Shown in pieces: positions 1-13,580 of a DNA stretch of 64,000 nt. Source of the stretch: Scyliorhinus canicula (Eukaryota); NCBI RefSeq assembly GCF_902713615.1, contig NC_052154.1, positions 59,897,615 to 59,961,614 on the forward strand, given 5' to 3'. The notes beneath the pieces are model-generated. The model was given only the letters and a program-made list of their open reading frames with translations. It was not told the origin of the DNA and searched no databases. How positions within the stretch are numbered: the stretch's first letter is position 1; every line of letters begins with the position of its first letter. The translations under genes and the position numbers were made by a program.

Positions 1-1800
1 CCCCCCCCCCCCCACTGCCGCTCCGCGTGCACTGCTCCAATTAAACATCACCTTACCACTGCGGCACTAACGTATAGCACGACATTGATGGCTGTGTCAG
101 CGGGTGTGATCAGTGCCATGTTGAATGATGACGGCTCGCTCTGCGATGAGCTGTGAGCTCAGAATCGTTAGACAAAGTCTGACTCATGGCAATAGCTGAA
201 CCATCCATCTCGGTGGCCGTTGCGATCATCAGGGACACTCCACAACGTACCCATGTAGGGGAGCTGGCGTCGGAGTGCCGAGGACTACGGTGTCCGACAG
301 TGTGTGTGTGTGTGGGGGGAGGGGGGGGGGGGTGGGGGGGGGGGGGGTTGAGAAGGGACTGCACACCCGGCACCGAGGTTTCACTGCTCGTTAACCCCAG
401 CGACACTCGGTCACCATCAGGATCCCCGTGGCACCGGAAAAATCACACAGTCTTACAAGTTAGGTGCAACAGTGAGTTTAATGGTGAATGTTATGCACAG
501 ATGCCCTAGCGGCCTAGCCCCTACAACTAAACTGCCAACTTACTATGTGTCCATCTTCCTTGCCTTACGGGCCCTACCACTACGTCTATGTGAATCCCCA
601 GATGGTACAGCGGGGTGGAGACGAACTGCTGAGAACCACGGCCCGCGACATGGCTCCCTGTCGGCACTTGTCTCCTGGGGCGACCCGGCCTTGATGGGCC
701 AGGCTGCTCGGCAGGCATGTTGGATGACGTGGTGCCACCCTGCTCTGCCCGCTGCCCACCGGAGGCGCCAAGGACGGGACGGGGGGAGGCCGAGCGTTCA
801 GGAATATTCCGTGATGGAGTTAATGGGACGGCCCCCAGAACCTCCTCCTCCCTCGGGGAGCCCGGTGGCCCCCGGGTCTCACTGTGGGATGGAGGTGCGA
901 GCGGGGAGGAGGCCCATCGCCCCACCGACACCTGGCACTGCCAGTCCTGGAGGCCTGCAACGGTATCGACCAGGGTCCGAAGGTTCACTGAGACGGAGTC
1001 CAGGGAGTGACACATTCCCGCCAGGAACTGTGCGACCTCAACCTGTGAGTGCGCGCCGCCATCCAGCACATGCGTCAGGCGGTCGATGTTCTCCCCGACT
1101 GACTGCTGGGACTGTGCCATGGCCTGCTGGGACAGGGCCATGACCCGGTGAGACTCGGCCAGGGCCCGTAGCGCGCCGGCAATGTCGTTTTGGCTCTGGC
1201 GCATTGCTATCTGTGAGAGGGCAGCCCTCTCCTGGGCCATGGATGACACGTGCACATGAAGCCCAATGCTTTGCATAACCTGATCCATGGCCGAAACCGT
1301 TTCACCCATTGCCTCGACCACAGACGCCACCCGTGCGGTGTCGGCCTGGGTGGCTGCAATGAGCGGCACCACTCCCTGCTCCTGGACGCGGATGGACTCC
1401 TCTAACTGCGTTTGCAGGTGCTGGAAGATGGCCCTCATCCGTCATTCTGTCCCTGGGTTTCAAAATGTATCGGTTGTCCGGGTGGGTCGAGTAAATCCAG
1501 GAATCCAGGAACCGTCTGGGCGGCAGCTGGATGCTGGGCCAAGGCTGCCCTCCAACCATCCAGCCCCACGGCTGCTCCGACCTCCACCTGCTGTACCGGC
1601 TCGGCTGTGTGGTGCACACCAGACCGTGACCCAGGAGCCTCATCACTTAATTGCCTAACTGAGGTGAGCGTCTCTGGGATGGTGGATGGTGTGGGAGACA
1701 GCAGTGCCGCAAGTTCGAGGTCCTCGTCCGTCAGTACGTCCGTTGTGTCCTGGTCCCAGTCATGACCCGGCGCAGGGCGCACGTGGCCCATGTACGGTTC

Positions 1801-2962
1801 ATAAGAACATAAGAACATAAGAATGTAAGAACATAAGAACTAGGAGCAGGAGTAGGCCATCTGGCCCCTCGAGCCTGCTCCGCCATTCAATGAGATCATG
1901 GCAGATCTTTTGTGGACTCAGCTCCACTTTCCGGCCCGAACACCATAACCCTTAATCCCTTTATTCTTCAAAAAACTATCTATCTTTACTTTAAAAACAT
2001 TTAATGAAGGAGCCTCAACTGCTTCACTGGGCAAGGAATTCCATAGATTCACAACCCTTTGGGTGAAGAAGTTCCTCCTAAACTCAGTCCTAAATCTACT
2101 TCCCCTTATTTTGAGGCTATGTCCCCTAGTTCTGCTTTCACCCGCCAGTGGAAACAAACTGCCCGCATCAATCCTATCTATTCCCTTCATAATTTTAAAT
2201 GTTTCTATAAGATCCCCCCTCATCCTTCTAAATTCCAACGAGTACAGTCCCAGTCTACTCAACCTCTCCTCATAATCCAACCCCTTCAGCTCTTGGATTA
2301 ACCTAGTGAATCTCTTCTGCACATCCTCCAGTGCCAGTATGTCCTTTCTCAAGTAAGGAGACCAAAACTGAACACAATACTCCAGGTGTGGCCTCACTAA
2401 CACCTTATACAATTGCAACATAACCTCCCTAGTCTTAAACTCCATCCCTCTAGCAATGAAGGACAAAATTCCATTTGCCTTCTTAATCACCTGTTGCACC
2501 TGTAAACCAACTTTCTGTGACTCATGCACTAGCACACCCAGGTCTCTCTGCACAGCGGCATGCTTTAATATTTTATCGTTTAAATAATAATCCCATTTGC
2601 TGTTATTCCTACCAAAATGGATAACCTCACATTTGTCAACATTGTATTCCATCTGCCAGACCCGAGCCCATTCACTTAACCTATCCAAATCCCTCTGCAG
2701 ACTTCAGGTATGCTCTGCACTTTTCACTTTACCACTCATCTTAGTGTCATCTGCAAACTTGGACACATTGTCCTTGGTCCCCAACTCCAAATCATCTATG
2801 TAAATTGTGAACAATTGTGGGCCCAACACTGATCCCTGAGGGACACCAGTAGCTACTGATTGCCAACCAGAGAAACACCCATTAATCCCCACTCTTTGCT
2901 TTCTATTAATTAACCAATCCTCTATCCATACTACTACTTTACCCTTAATGGCATGCATCTTT
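1801..2962 (-). mobile_element. CR1 LINE, 5'-truncated, inserted into the Myb-like exon
   Basis: RT motifs GVPQGSVLGP and FADD; C-terminal RPHLEYCVQFWSP...FFTQRVVNLWNSLP; TAAGAACA-type microsatellite tail at 1801-1840. Confidence 0.93.
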
Positions 2963-3307
2963 AGCGTCGGGTTCAGCGTCGGGTGAGTCCGTGGACTGCG
3001 TCGCCGTCCTCTGTGCGTCTGGGTCCACAGATCCCGTCCTGTCCTGTCTCGCGTCACGAACTTCGGGCAACGCACAGCCATGAAAGTCATCGCTGTCAGT
3101 CCTCTGTATGTCCCCCCCTCGAGAGTCCCGGTTTTAGATGATGGGCCTCCTGGCCGACCTCCTGCCACCCTCTGTCGTGCGACCCTAGGTGCGGATGTCG
3201 TCGCGGATGGTCGGCTGTGTGTGGCACCAGACGGCCCTGGACGTTTGTCAGCTGGCCCTGGGGAACAGAATGATACGGGGCTCATCAGACACACTCGGCC
3301 GGGTGTA

Positions 3308-3459
3308 GGGTGGTCCAGTGGGCAGAGTGTGAGGGGACAGAGGATGGGTGGTCCAGTGGGCAGAGTGTGAGGGGAGAGAGGATGGGTTGTCCAGTGAGCA
3401 GAATGTGAGGGGAGAGAGGATGGGTGATCCAGTGCGCAGAGTGTGAGGGGAGAGAGGAT
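3308..3459. repeat. 38-bp tandem repeat x4 in intron of the Myb-like gene
   Basis: Unit GGGTGGTCCAGTGGGCAGAGTGTGAGGGGAGAGAGGAT occurs four times with minor variants. Confidence 0.85.
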
Positions 3460-4941
3460 GGGCTGGGGGGGGGTGGCATGCAGGGTTGTCTCACTTGCTT
3501 CTGCGCCTCCAACCTCGCATTGCGCGACCTCTTGGGTGGCAGATCCCCCAGCGAGGTCCAGTGCCCTCTGCTCAAACACTGTCAGGGGGTGCAGAACAGG
3601 CGAACCCCCTCCAGTTCTGTTGCGCTCCCGGCTGTTGTGCGCAGTCTTCTCCTGTTAGTGGGGGGAGGGGGGCATGGATAGAGCATCACAATTAGGCGGT
3701 TATCATCGGGGCATTCAGATATAGGCTACATTAATGCTGGGCGGGGGGAAAGTTGGAGCCACACCATGTCATCTCTCCAGGGGGTCGCAGAGCTCATGTG
3801 GGTCTGTGACAACGTTGTTCACCCCCCTCCACTCAATCTCGCCGCCTCCCTTGTGTCGGGGGGGGGGGGGGGGGTGGGATGATGAGGAACATGGTGGGGG
3901 GGGGGATGGTTGTGACCCGGGGGCACCCTCGTGGCACTTACCCTGGCAGACCTGGTGAGGTCGTGGAGCTTCTTGCGGCATTGCTCCCCGGACCGAGGGG
4001 TCTGCCCCACAGCACTGACTGCCGTGCCCACCTCACGCCAGGCCCGTCGCACAGAGCTGGAAGGGTGGTGATGCCCTCGTCTTGGGCAGAGGATGCCCAT
4101 GCGCTGCTCCACCTCATCTAGGAGGGTCTCAAGGCCAGCATCACGGAACCTCGGGGCGGCCCTCCGTGGCTCCGACATTTTCCTCCTTCCTCTGCTGCGG
4201 GTCTTTCTTTGCGCGGATCGCGTCTTTTAAGACGCGGCACAGCGTCATTCGGGCATCGCGCACTGACAATGCGCATTTTACGACACGCTCCCCGTGTTCC
4301 TCGCGGCCCCGATGCTAGCCCATCTCCGTGGCCAGAATCGGTCGCGATCGGGTCCGTTTCGCGCTGTCGTGAAACTCGACGGAGAATTCCGCCCGGTGTT
4401 TGGAGACAAAAGGATCGTCTTTTAATACGTTTATTCTTGTTTGTTTATTAATCAAGGAATTAGGTCTGTACGTTTAAGGAAACAAATGCCCAAACAAGTG
4501 ATATAATAAAATGCAAATTGACTGCTGCATTTTCCACATTATAACAGTTACTACACTATAAAAATGTTTCATTTGCTGTCAGTCACATTGTGACATCCTG
4601 AGCTGTCTAAGGTTCTGTGTGTAAAAATGTAACTACTTCATTTTCTTACAAAACCATCACACTGCTAAGTGACAATACAAGTGAGTATTAGCATCTTGAA
4701 GCATTGTTTCACTTGCCTGAACTGTTCAGAGGCATGGTTGCAAAATAACAGTGTTGCTGCTGCAGAATCCAGTCATCCAGTGAGGGTTAGCTGTGCCTGA
4801 GGCAGTTGAAGGTGTCTGCCTGTAGCTGGCAGTAGATGTTTTCATGGTTATCCTGAGAATGCTGTGTGATATCATGTTTAAAAAATGCAGTGTCAAATAC
4901 AAGGCAAGAAAGTAAAGCATGAATTAGGCTAGACATTTCTT

Positions 4942-6247
4942 TTTTTTTAATATATTTTTTATTGGAATTTTTTACAGAAAATATAAAACATAACGACAAA
5001 CAATGAAATGCAACAAAATAACCCATAATAACTGTGACACCCCCAGACCGTATCGGCGCATGTATCACATCCCCCCCACCCCCCCAACCCTAATGAACAA
5101 CAAAAGAACTTTAAAAATATTAAAATTAAATAAACAAACATAGTCATTGTCGACCCCCCCCCCCCTTTTCCCTCCCCTTTTCCCTCCCCGGGTTGCTGCT
5201 GCTGCTGTCCCCGTACCCTATCGTTGAGCCAGAAAGTCGAGAAAAGGCTGCCACCGCCTAAAGAACCCTTGTACCGACCCTCTCAGGGCTAATTTGACCT
5301 TCTCTAGCTTAATGAAACCCGCCATGTCATTGATCCAGGTCTTCACGCTTGGGGGCCTCGCATTCTTCCATTGTAGCAAGATCCTTTGCCGGGCTACTAG
5401 GGACGCAAAGGCCAGCACACCGGCCTCTTTCGCCTCCTGCACTCCCGGCTCCACCCCAACCCCAAAAATCGCGAGTCCCCATCCTGGCTTGACCCTGGAT
5501 CCCACCACCCTCGACACCATCCTCGCCACCCCCTTCCAGAACTCCTCCAGTGCCGGGCATGCCCAGAACATATGGGCATGGTTCGCTGGACTCCCCGAGC
5601 ACCTGACACACCTGTCCTCACCCCCAAAGAACCTACTCATCCTCGTCCCAGTCATGTGGGCCCGGTGCAGCACCTTGAATTGGATGAGGCTAAGCCGCGC
5701 ACACGAGGAGGAAGAATTAACCCTCTCCAGGGCATCAGCCCATGTCCCGTCTTCGATCTGTTCCCCCAGTTCCCCCTCCCACTTCGTTTTCAGCTCCTCT
5801 ACTGACGCCTCCTCCGCCTCCTGCATAACCTTGTAGATATCAGATATCTTCCCCTCTCCGACCCAGACCCCCGAAAGCACCCTGTCGCTCACCCCCCTCG
5901 CGGGAAGCGAAGGGAATCCCTCCACCTGCCGCCTAGCAAATGCCTTTACCTGCAGATACCTGAACATGTTCCCCGGGGGGAGCCCAAATTTCTCCTCCAA
6001 CTCCCCCAGGCTCGCAAACCTCCCATCAATAAACAGGTCCCTCAGCTGTCTGATGCCCGCTCTGTGCCAACCCTGAAATCCCCCATCAATGTTCCCCGGG
6101 ACGAACCTATGGTTCCCCCTTAACGGAGCCTCCATCGAGCCCCCCACTTCTCCACTATGTCGCCTCCACTGCCCCCAAATCTTGAGGGTAGCCGCCACCA
6201 CCGGACTCGTGGTATACCTCGTAGGAGGGAACGGCCACGGCGCCGTT
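4942..6247 (-). mobile_element. L1/Tx1-clade LINE, 5'-truncated, recent insertion
   Basis: Uninterrupted ORF2 C-terminus 5218-6201 with zinc knuckle CVRC...HMFWAC; poly-A tail; perfect 15-bp TSD GGCTAGACATTTCTT at 4927-4941 and 6248-6262. Confidence 0.93.
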
Positions 6248-6630
6248 GGCTAGACATTTCTTAACCTGCAATGAGGCCGTGATGCATCAACGAGGCAGAT
6301 GTCTTGAATGCTCCAAGCAGTACAGGCAAAGATAATAGTAACTAATACCAACCTCAGCACAATTTTGGAATAGTAACTCTTCCCCCAAATTTCTGATCCC
6401 CCTAGCCCTGCTGTTCATGCCAGGCCTATGCATCACTAGCAAACAACAGTAGAAACATTTCTTGAGTTATTTCTTTAACCCCTTAATATTCGTGAATGTA
6501 ACTGATGATCTCCCCCCAAAGGAAGAGGAGTACAACAAACACTTCCAAACTTTTAGTGCCATTATGTGATAAGATTTTCCAACGGGTGTCACAGATGAAA
6601 TAACTAACTGAAGGAAAAAGAAAATATAAA

Positions 6631-7372
6631 GGCCGGGATTCTCCGAAATCCCAGCCAAGTGTTGACGCCGGCGTCAAAACCGGCGCAAGCGACACCGGCG
6701 TCGACGGGCCTTCAGGCACAGTCATTCCCCCCTTCCTCGGGAGTTAGCATGGCGCCGGAGAGCTGTGCGCTGCTCTAGCGCTGAAAGCCAGCCCTGCACG
6801 GCTGGCGCTGGTCCGCGCATCACTCCATGGCCGGCGCGGGTCCGCGCATGCGCTCCATGGCCGGCGCGGGTCCGCGCATGCGTGCCACGGCCATCTCCCC
6901 CCCCCCCCCCCCCCCCACCCCCCCCTCGGGCAACATGGCGGAGCCCTACAGTGGCCCGGGCGGAGGAACATAGGTCCCTCCCGGAATGAACACCCACGCC
7001 GATCGGTTGCCCCTGATCACAGGCCTGCCCACCATGGAAGACCACCCCCCCAACCCCAGAGTCGGCACCCCCCGACCCCCACCAGGCCAGCCCCCGCAGC
7101 CAGAATGCTGAGGTCCCGTTGGGTAGGACCATACGTGAACAATGGCGGTGGGACTCGGCGGAACTCGGCGGGCACTCGGCCCGTCGAGCGCAGAGAATTG
7201 CCACATAGGCCGCTTTCAACGGCCCCCAACCGGCGCCGCGGCGACCGTGCCGGCGTAATTAGCGCCGATTGCCGCAGACTCGTTGGCTTGGCATCGGAGC
7301 GGCATGGCGGGATTCGCGGGCCCCCCGGCCCGGTGATTCTCCGACCCGGCGCAGGCTCGGAGAATCCCACCC
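6631..7372. mobile_element. Non-autonomous Harbinger-type MITE
   Basis: TIRs GGCCGGGATTCTCCG / CGGAGAATCCCACCC; AAA on both flanks (3-bp TSD); GC-rich interior with palindromes. Confidence 0.8.
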
Positions 7373-7654
7373 AAAATGTAAGAAAGTGTATTATTGATTT
7401 GAACTTAAACAAGGAAAAGTGATGAGATAGGACTTGGCAGGATCAAATCTGCTCCCCCATACCACTACTGTGTGTCATTGAGCTAGAATATGCCAAATAT
7501 CCTCTGCCTGATCTGATCATTTGTGGGTTCAGTGCATTCTCCTGAATTAGAAATTAAATGTGAGGAATTCCAGCTAGGCCTAGATGCAGGAATAAAGACT
7601 CCAGATTCAAGTTATTCTGGCCACCTCTAATCCCTGACCCTGAAAGAAAAAGAG

Positions 7655-7815
7655 GGGCAGTTTTAACCCAGCTCACTAGGTGAGGAAGCCCACAGGATCC
7701 ATGCAACACTAATATTACTCATTGATTTCAATAGAGATTAAAGTTGGGCAGGGTGTAAAAGTAACACAGTGTTAAATCCTAGTTTGCCAACTGATGGGAT
7801 CGGTTAAAATTGCCC
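7655..7815. mobile_element. Short old MITE (Harbinger-like)
   Basis: Inverted termini GGGCAGTTTTAACC / GGTTAAAATTGCCC (13/14 match). Confidence 0.55.
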
Positions 7816-8424
7816 ATTGCCCATTGTTAGACCTAAACTCAGCATTCTACTCAATCCCTTGAATTTCCCACCCAGAAAATTGGATTGAAATTGTCCCTGT
7901 AGACTTTCGATCTTCTGCTTTTTGTTGCCTGCTCCATTTCCTTAATATAGCTACTGTGTAATCACAAGCAGGGCATAAGCAGTTGGTGACCACAGCTATC
8001 AGCTGATCAAATGAGGTCACCTGATTTACATATTTCGACAAAGCTCAGAGTGTATTGGGTGCATGGTGCAGTAGGAACAGAAAAACTCAATTTCCTGTGC
8101 CAACAGCAGCCCTTAAATATAAATTTTATTTTCTGGCCAAATTTGTTGCAGAATGTCACCTGTAAATAAAGAACATGGCCACGGAAACAGGAAACTGAGG
8201 TGGTGCAGTTCAGTGCAGTTTCACTGTAGGAATAGGTCAGAAAGAAACATTTTGGCTTCTGTGAAGTTGCAAAGTTAAATATGCAAACAGGTGAAACCTT
8301 CTTAATAGGTTGCATTGTGAAGCTTCTTTATTGCTAATCATAGTAAAGGTAGTGCGTGCACCATCACAGGAGAATAAAGGAATGGTGCCAACTTTGTCCA
8401 TGAACATTCTAATTTTCTTGCATG

Positions 8425-8967
8425 AAAGAACAAAGAGCAGTACAGCTCAGGGACATGCCCTTCGGCCCTCCAAGCCTGCACCAATCATGATGCCTGTTTA
8501 AACTAAAACCTTCTGCACTTCCGGGTCATGTATGCCTTTATTCCCATCCTATTCATGTATTTCTCAAGATACCTCTTAAACATCGTAATCGTGCATGCTT
8601 CACCACCTCCCCTGGCAGCGAGTTCTAGGCACTCACCAACCTCTCTATAAAAAGATTTGCCTTGCACATCTCCTCTAAACTTTGCCCCTCGCACCTTCAA
8701 CCTATGCCTCCTTGGAATTGACTTTTCCTCCCTGGGAAAAAATTTCTGACAATCCATTCTGTCCATGCCACTCATAATTTTGTAAACTTCAGGTCACCCC
8801 TCAATCTCCGTTGTTCCAGTGAAGGCGATCCGAGTTTATCCAATCTCTCCTCATAACCTCCAGACCAGGCAACATCCTGGTAAACCTCTTCTGTACCCTC
8901 TCGAAAACCTCCACTTCCTTATGTTAGTGTGGGGACCAGAATTGTGCGCAATATTCCAAGTGTGGCC
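8425..8967 (-). mobile_element. CR1 LINE 3' fragment, cut by the Gypsy LTR
   Basis: RPHLEYCAQFWSP motif and degenerate CR1 C-terminus and tail. Confidence 0.85.
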
Positions 8968-9369
8968 TGTCATAATATACACACAAGTATATGATGGTGC
9001 ACAGACAGACATTGATTGACACAGAGGATGACCAATGAACACACAGAACACAGCAGCCAATCACCAGGCAGGACATGGGCACTATAAAGCCAGAGGGCAC
9101 TAGTTTTCCCGCTCTCTTGGGGATGCAGCCTCTGAGACAGTCAGTGTCTGTGAGCAACAACTAGAACATACACCATGTGGTAGTAAGATAGTCTGGTCAG
9201 GTTAGCCTCAGGTCTCCAGTCAACTCAGCATAGTATCAACCCACAGTTAAAGTATGTATGATAGTTCAGAGTTCAATAAAATAGAGCTGCATTTCTTCAA
9301 GTGTTGGAAGCCTGTCTCTCTCACTGCTACAGTAAACGCAGTCCTCGCAGACCCAGCATACCCAACACA
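8968..9369 (+). repeat. 5' LTR of the Gypsy element
   Basis: TGT...ACA termini, TATAAA at ~9083, AATAAA at ~9275, followed by PBS-like TGGTACCAG at 9373. Confidence 0.75.
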
Positions 9370-9518
9370 TCATGGTACCAGTGAATCATGTTAGAGTTGA
9401 CAGACCTACCTTGAGATAGTCTGCCTTTGACCAGCGATCAGCCATCCGGTAACATGGACAGCGTCCGCCCTCCCCCGCAGCTACGCATCGCCGGCAACCT
9501 CGGTGCAAACTGGAAGAT

Positions 9519-9748
9519 TTTTTTTTTTTAATCAATTTAGTGTACCCAATCATTTTTCCAATTAAGGGGCAATTTAGAGTGGCCAATCCACCTAGCTTGC
9601 ATGTTTTTGGGTTGTGGGGGTGAAACCCACGCAAACACGGGGAGAACGTGCAAACTCCACACGGACAGTGACCCAGAGCCGGGATCGACCCTGGGACCTC
9701 AGCGCCGTGAGGCCGCAGTGCTAACCCACTGAGCCACCGTGCTGCCCC
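9519..9748 (-). mobile_element. tRNA-derived SINE (poly-A tail type) inserted in gag
   Basis: TSD AACTGGAAGAT at 9508-9518 and 9749-9759; removing the insert restores gag ...GANWKIFKQTFQLYLEA. Confidence 0.92.
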
Positions 9749-12700
9749 AACTGGAAGATCTTTAAGCAAACGTTTCAGCTGTACCTTGAAGCCACTGACC
9801 TCGAAGCCGCATCGGATGCCAGGAAGATTGCTCTCTTCCTCTCTACAGCCGGGGACCACGCTATCCACATCTTTAACTCTCTCACCTTTGCTGAAGGTGA
9901 GGACAAGACAAAGTTCAAAACAGTCCTGCTGAAGTTCGACAGCCACTGTGACATCAAAGTCAACAAGAGCTTTGAACGCTATGTGTTCCAGCAGAGGCTT
10001 CAGAGTAAGGATGAACCTTTTCAGTCCTTCTTAACCCATCTCCGTATCCTCGCGCAGTCCTGCAACTACGGCTCAACTTCCGACTCCATGATCCGTGACC
10101 AGATCGTTTTCGGGGTCCACTCCGATCCTCTTCGCCAGCAGCTCCTTAAAGTTAAGCAGCTCACCCTTACCATCGCCATCGAGACCTGTGTCCTACATGA
10201 GCACGCTAATAACCGGCACTCCCATATCAAGGCGGCAGAGACGGCGCGGCAAGGCCCCCACGATGCGGAGCAGGTGCAGGCTGTAAAACAGCTCCAGGGC
10301 CCGAGTCTGGATGAGGGCGGCCATTTCACGCACTTTTCCCGGGCTCCTGCGCATACGCGCCACGACCGAGGGAACGACAAGGCCGAGGACCGAACTGCGC
10401 AGGTGCGCACATCATTCGACCACACCGCGCATGCGCGGTGGCTCACGGAGTGTCCTAACGTCGGCGCCATGATGTGCAACAACTGTAGCTCCGCCCACTT
10501 AAAGCGACAATGTCCTGTGAAATCTCGATGCTGTCTCCAGTGTGGAAAACTTGGCCACTACGCAGCCCTGTGCAGATCTGCTCAACTGCCCAACACACAG
10601 CGATCCCAGCTGCAGCGCAGGAATGTCCGGTCAGTACAGCAACCCGTTGCAGACTCCGACTCCGACATGGTTCTAGATCCCGACACCGAGGATCTTACAT
10701 CCCCATTCCGGGTGGGCATCATCACCAAGCATACGATGCTTTCCGCAAAAAAGGCTAAACCACTCCCAGTGATGAGCATTGATCCGGACGACGAGTGGTG
10801 TGCCACCCTTACGGTCAACAAGGCTCGCATATGCTTCAGGCTGGACACCGGTGCTTCAGCGAACCTCATTTCGAACTCTGACCTGGATACCATCCACGTC
10901 AAGCCGAGCATTCTTCCATCAGCCTGCCAGTTTCTCGACTACAATGGCAATGCCATTGCTGCCAGTGGCTCATGCCAGCTTGTGGTGTTCCATCGTTCTT
11001 CAAAAGCAACCCTGCGTTTTGAAATTGTAGGAACCAACAGAGCTTCCTTGCTCGGTGCTCAGGCCTGCAAAATCTTGAATCTTGTGCAGCGGGTTCACTC
11101 CATGTCGCCCGCTGAGGCATCAAGCTCACCAGATGCCAATTTCCAAACCCAATTAGATGACATCATTGCACGATACCACAGTGCCTTCAAGGGTATGGGC
11201 ACACTCCCCTACACATACAAGATTCTTCTGAAACCGAATGCCACACCGGTGGTTCATGCACCGTGTCGGGTGCCGGCACCCCTTAAGGACTGCAAGACCA
11301 CCAGGACCAGGGCGTCATTTCTAAGGTCACGGAACCCATAGACTGGGTTAGCTCCATGGTTTGTGTCAAAAAACCGTCAGGGGAACTTCACATTTGTATC
11401 GACCCCAAAGATATGAGCCGTAACATCATGAGGGAACACTACCCTATCCCGAAGAGAGAAGAGCTCACCAGCAAAATGGCTCACGCCATGTTTTCACGAA
11501 GCTGAATGCTTCCAAGGGATGGTCCGCTTCCTTGGGAAGTTTATCCCCAACCTTGCATCACACACCACAGCTCTCCGCCACCTTGTTAAAAAAAAACACG
11601 GACTTCCAGTGACTCCCCGCTCATGAGTGAGAGTGGCGTGAGCTCAGGGCGAAACTCACCAAGTCCCCGGTACTGGCGTTTTTCGACCCTGCCAAGGAGA
11701 CGAAGGTCTCCACCGATGCGAGCCAGGCTGGTATTGGGGCAGTACTCCTCCAGCGCGACTAATCCTCCTCCTGGGCCGCAGTTGCATATGCCTCTAGAGC
11801 CATGACACCTACTGAGCAACGATATGCTCAAATTGAGAAAGAATGCCTGGGCCTCCTCACAGGTATTGACAAATTCCATGATTACGTGTATGGACTCCCC
11901 AAGTTCACGGTCGAAACGGACCACAGGCCACTGGTTCGCATCATACAGAAGGACCTCAACGATATGACGCCACGCCTACAACGTATCCTCCTCAAACTCC
12001 GACGTTATGATTTTGACCTGGTCTACACCCCGGGCAAGGAGCTCATTGTGGCCGATGCACTCTCTCGCTCCATCACCACGCCGTGCGAGCAGTTGGATTT
12101 TGTCTGCCAGATCGACACCCATGTTTAGTTCTGCCCATCCAACTTTCTGGCCACTGATGAAAGGGTCATGCAGATTCGTCAAGAAACGGCCAGGGATCCT
12201 TTATTCCAACGGATCATGTGCCATCTCACAGATGGTTGGCAAAAGGGCCAGTGCCCACAGTTCTATAATATAAAAGACGATCTGGCAGTAGTCGATGGCA
12301 TACTAATGAAACTGGACAGGATAGTAATCCCACAGAGTATGCGAGAACTCGTCCTCGGCCAACTCAACGAGGGTCACCTGGGGGTCGAAAAGTGTCGCCG
12401 GCGACCCCGAGAGGCAGTATATTGGCCTGGCATCAATCAGGACATCGCCAATGCTGTCCTCAATTGCCAAACGTGCCAATGGTTCCAGCCGGCTCAGCCG
12501 AAAGAGGCTTTGCAGCCGCATGAACTGGTGTCCCCATGGACCAAGGTTGGCATTGATCTCTTTCACGTAAAAGGCCGGGACTACATCCTCCTCGTGGACT
12601 ACTTTTCTAACTACCCCGTGGTGGTCAGACAGAATGACCTCACATCAGCAACAGTCATCAAGGCATGCAAAGAGACCTTTCCCCGTCATGGCATTCCACT

Positions 12701-13580
12701 TACAGTCATGACTGATAATGGCCCGTGCTTCTTCAGTCAGGAGTGGACGGATTTTGCCCGGCAGTACAATTTTAGGCATGTCACTTCAAGCCCCCACTAC
12801 CCCCAGTCGAATGGGAAAGCTGAAAAGGGGGTACACATTGTTAAAAGACTGTTGTGTAAAGCTGCTGACTCGGGTTCAGATTTCTACCTGCTGCTGTTAG
12901 CCTACAGGGCGACTCCTTTGTCCGCTGGCCTGTCCCCAGCACAGCTGCTAATGAACCGCACACTACGGACGACGGTGCCGGCGATCCACATTCCGGACCT
13001 TGACAATTTTCCGGTCCTGTAGAGGATGCAACAGTCTCGGGCCCAATGCAAGTCAGCGTGTGATGCCCATGCCACAGATCTCCCTGCTCTGGTCCCTGCT
13101 GACCGAGTTCGTGTTCAGCTACCCGACGGTGGCTGGTCTGCCACAGCTGTGGTGGTCAAGCAAGTGGTTAAGCACTTCATATACAGGCAGCAGTATTCTA
13201 TGTTAACCGTTACTTCGAGTAGCAACTTTCAAGGAGCCAGTGGCCGCCTAGAAGCTGAAGAACAGTTCCTTGACCCATCTCCAATTCACACCCATCCAGA
13301 ATAACGTCCTGCTGCGTTAGCTAGTTTAACCAGAAAATTGCTGCTTGCCAATATCTAAAAACAGGATCCAGATTGCAAAGTAAATTGATGAAAAAAGGTT
13401 TCAGAGAATGAGTACCTATAAAATCAATAATATTTCAAATATTTACTCATTATTGTTTAACAAAGCATGTATACGCTCTTAGGAATATCTGTAATGCTAA
13501 CACTGAATCATTTAAATCCACGTTGATACAACAAATTAAATTATATGATCATTTCGAAAAAACAAAACTGAGCATATCAC

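Larger units (their letters stand above)
543..4178 (-). pseudogene. Harbinger Myb/SANT-like (NAIF1/MSANTD-type) DNA-binding protein gene, disrupted
   Basis: Exon 1 4178-3942 (APRFRDAGLETLLDEVE...AWREV...RSGEQCRKKLHDL, donor GTAAGT); exon 2 3651-3495 (EKTAHNSRERNRTGGG, donor GTGAGA); exon 3 from 3257; coiled-coil-like C-terminus in ORF 527-1438 with basic tail RRSGRARKARKMDT-stop at 543. Broken by frameshifts and a CR1 insertion. Confidence 0.8.
1..4394. mobile_element. PIF/Harbinger DNA transposon, right part (Myb/SANT-gene half); left end and transposase lie outside the window
   Basis: Terminal GGAGAATTCCGCCC at 4381-4394 (Harbinger-type TIR); contains a spliced Myb/SANT-like gene; bases ~120-190 and ~900-1400 resemble the second Harbinger (27700-28640). 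Confidence 0.8.
8968..13170 (+). mobile_element. Ty3/Gypsy LTR retrotransposon, defective (5' LTR, gag, pol; 3' end missing)
   Basis: gag from ATG 9454 with CCHC knuckle CLQCGKLGHYAALC; protease LDTGAS; partial RT; RNase H (DAS, YAQIEKE, ETDHRPL); integrase (GHLG, GIDLF, TDNGP, NGKAEKGV). Order PR-RT-RH-INT; several stops and frameshifts. Confidence 0.93.

Noticed and set aside
2704-3579. 291-aa ORF as a real gene
   Set aside because: Chance read-through of Myb-gene exons, intron repeat and inserted CR1 RT.
543-4178. Domesticated NAIF1/MSANTD-type host gene
   Set aside because: It lies inside a TIR-bounded element and is broken by a CR1 insertion and frameshifts.
4710-4940. Possible minus-strand exon interrupted by the L1 (acceptor near 6265, GC donor near 4718)
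   Set aside because: No recognisable protein similarity; the splice-like signals could be chance.
13170-13580. 3' LTR of the Gypsy element
   Set aside because: No second copy of 8968-9369 was found; the element is truncated after integrase.
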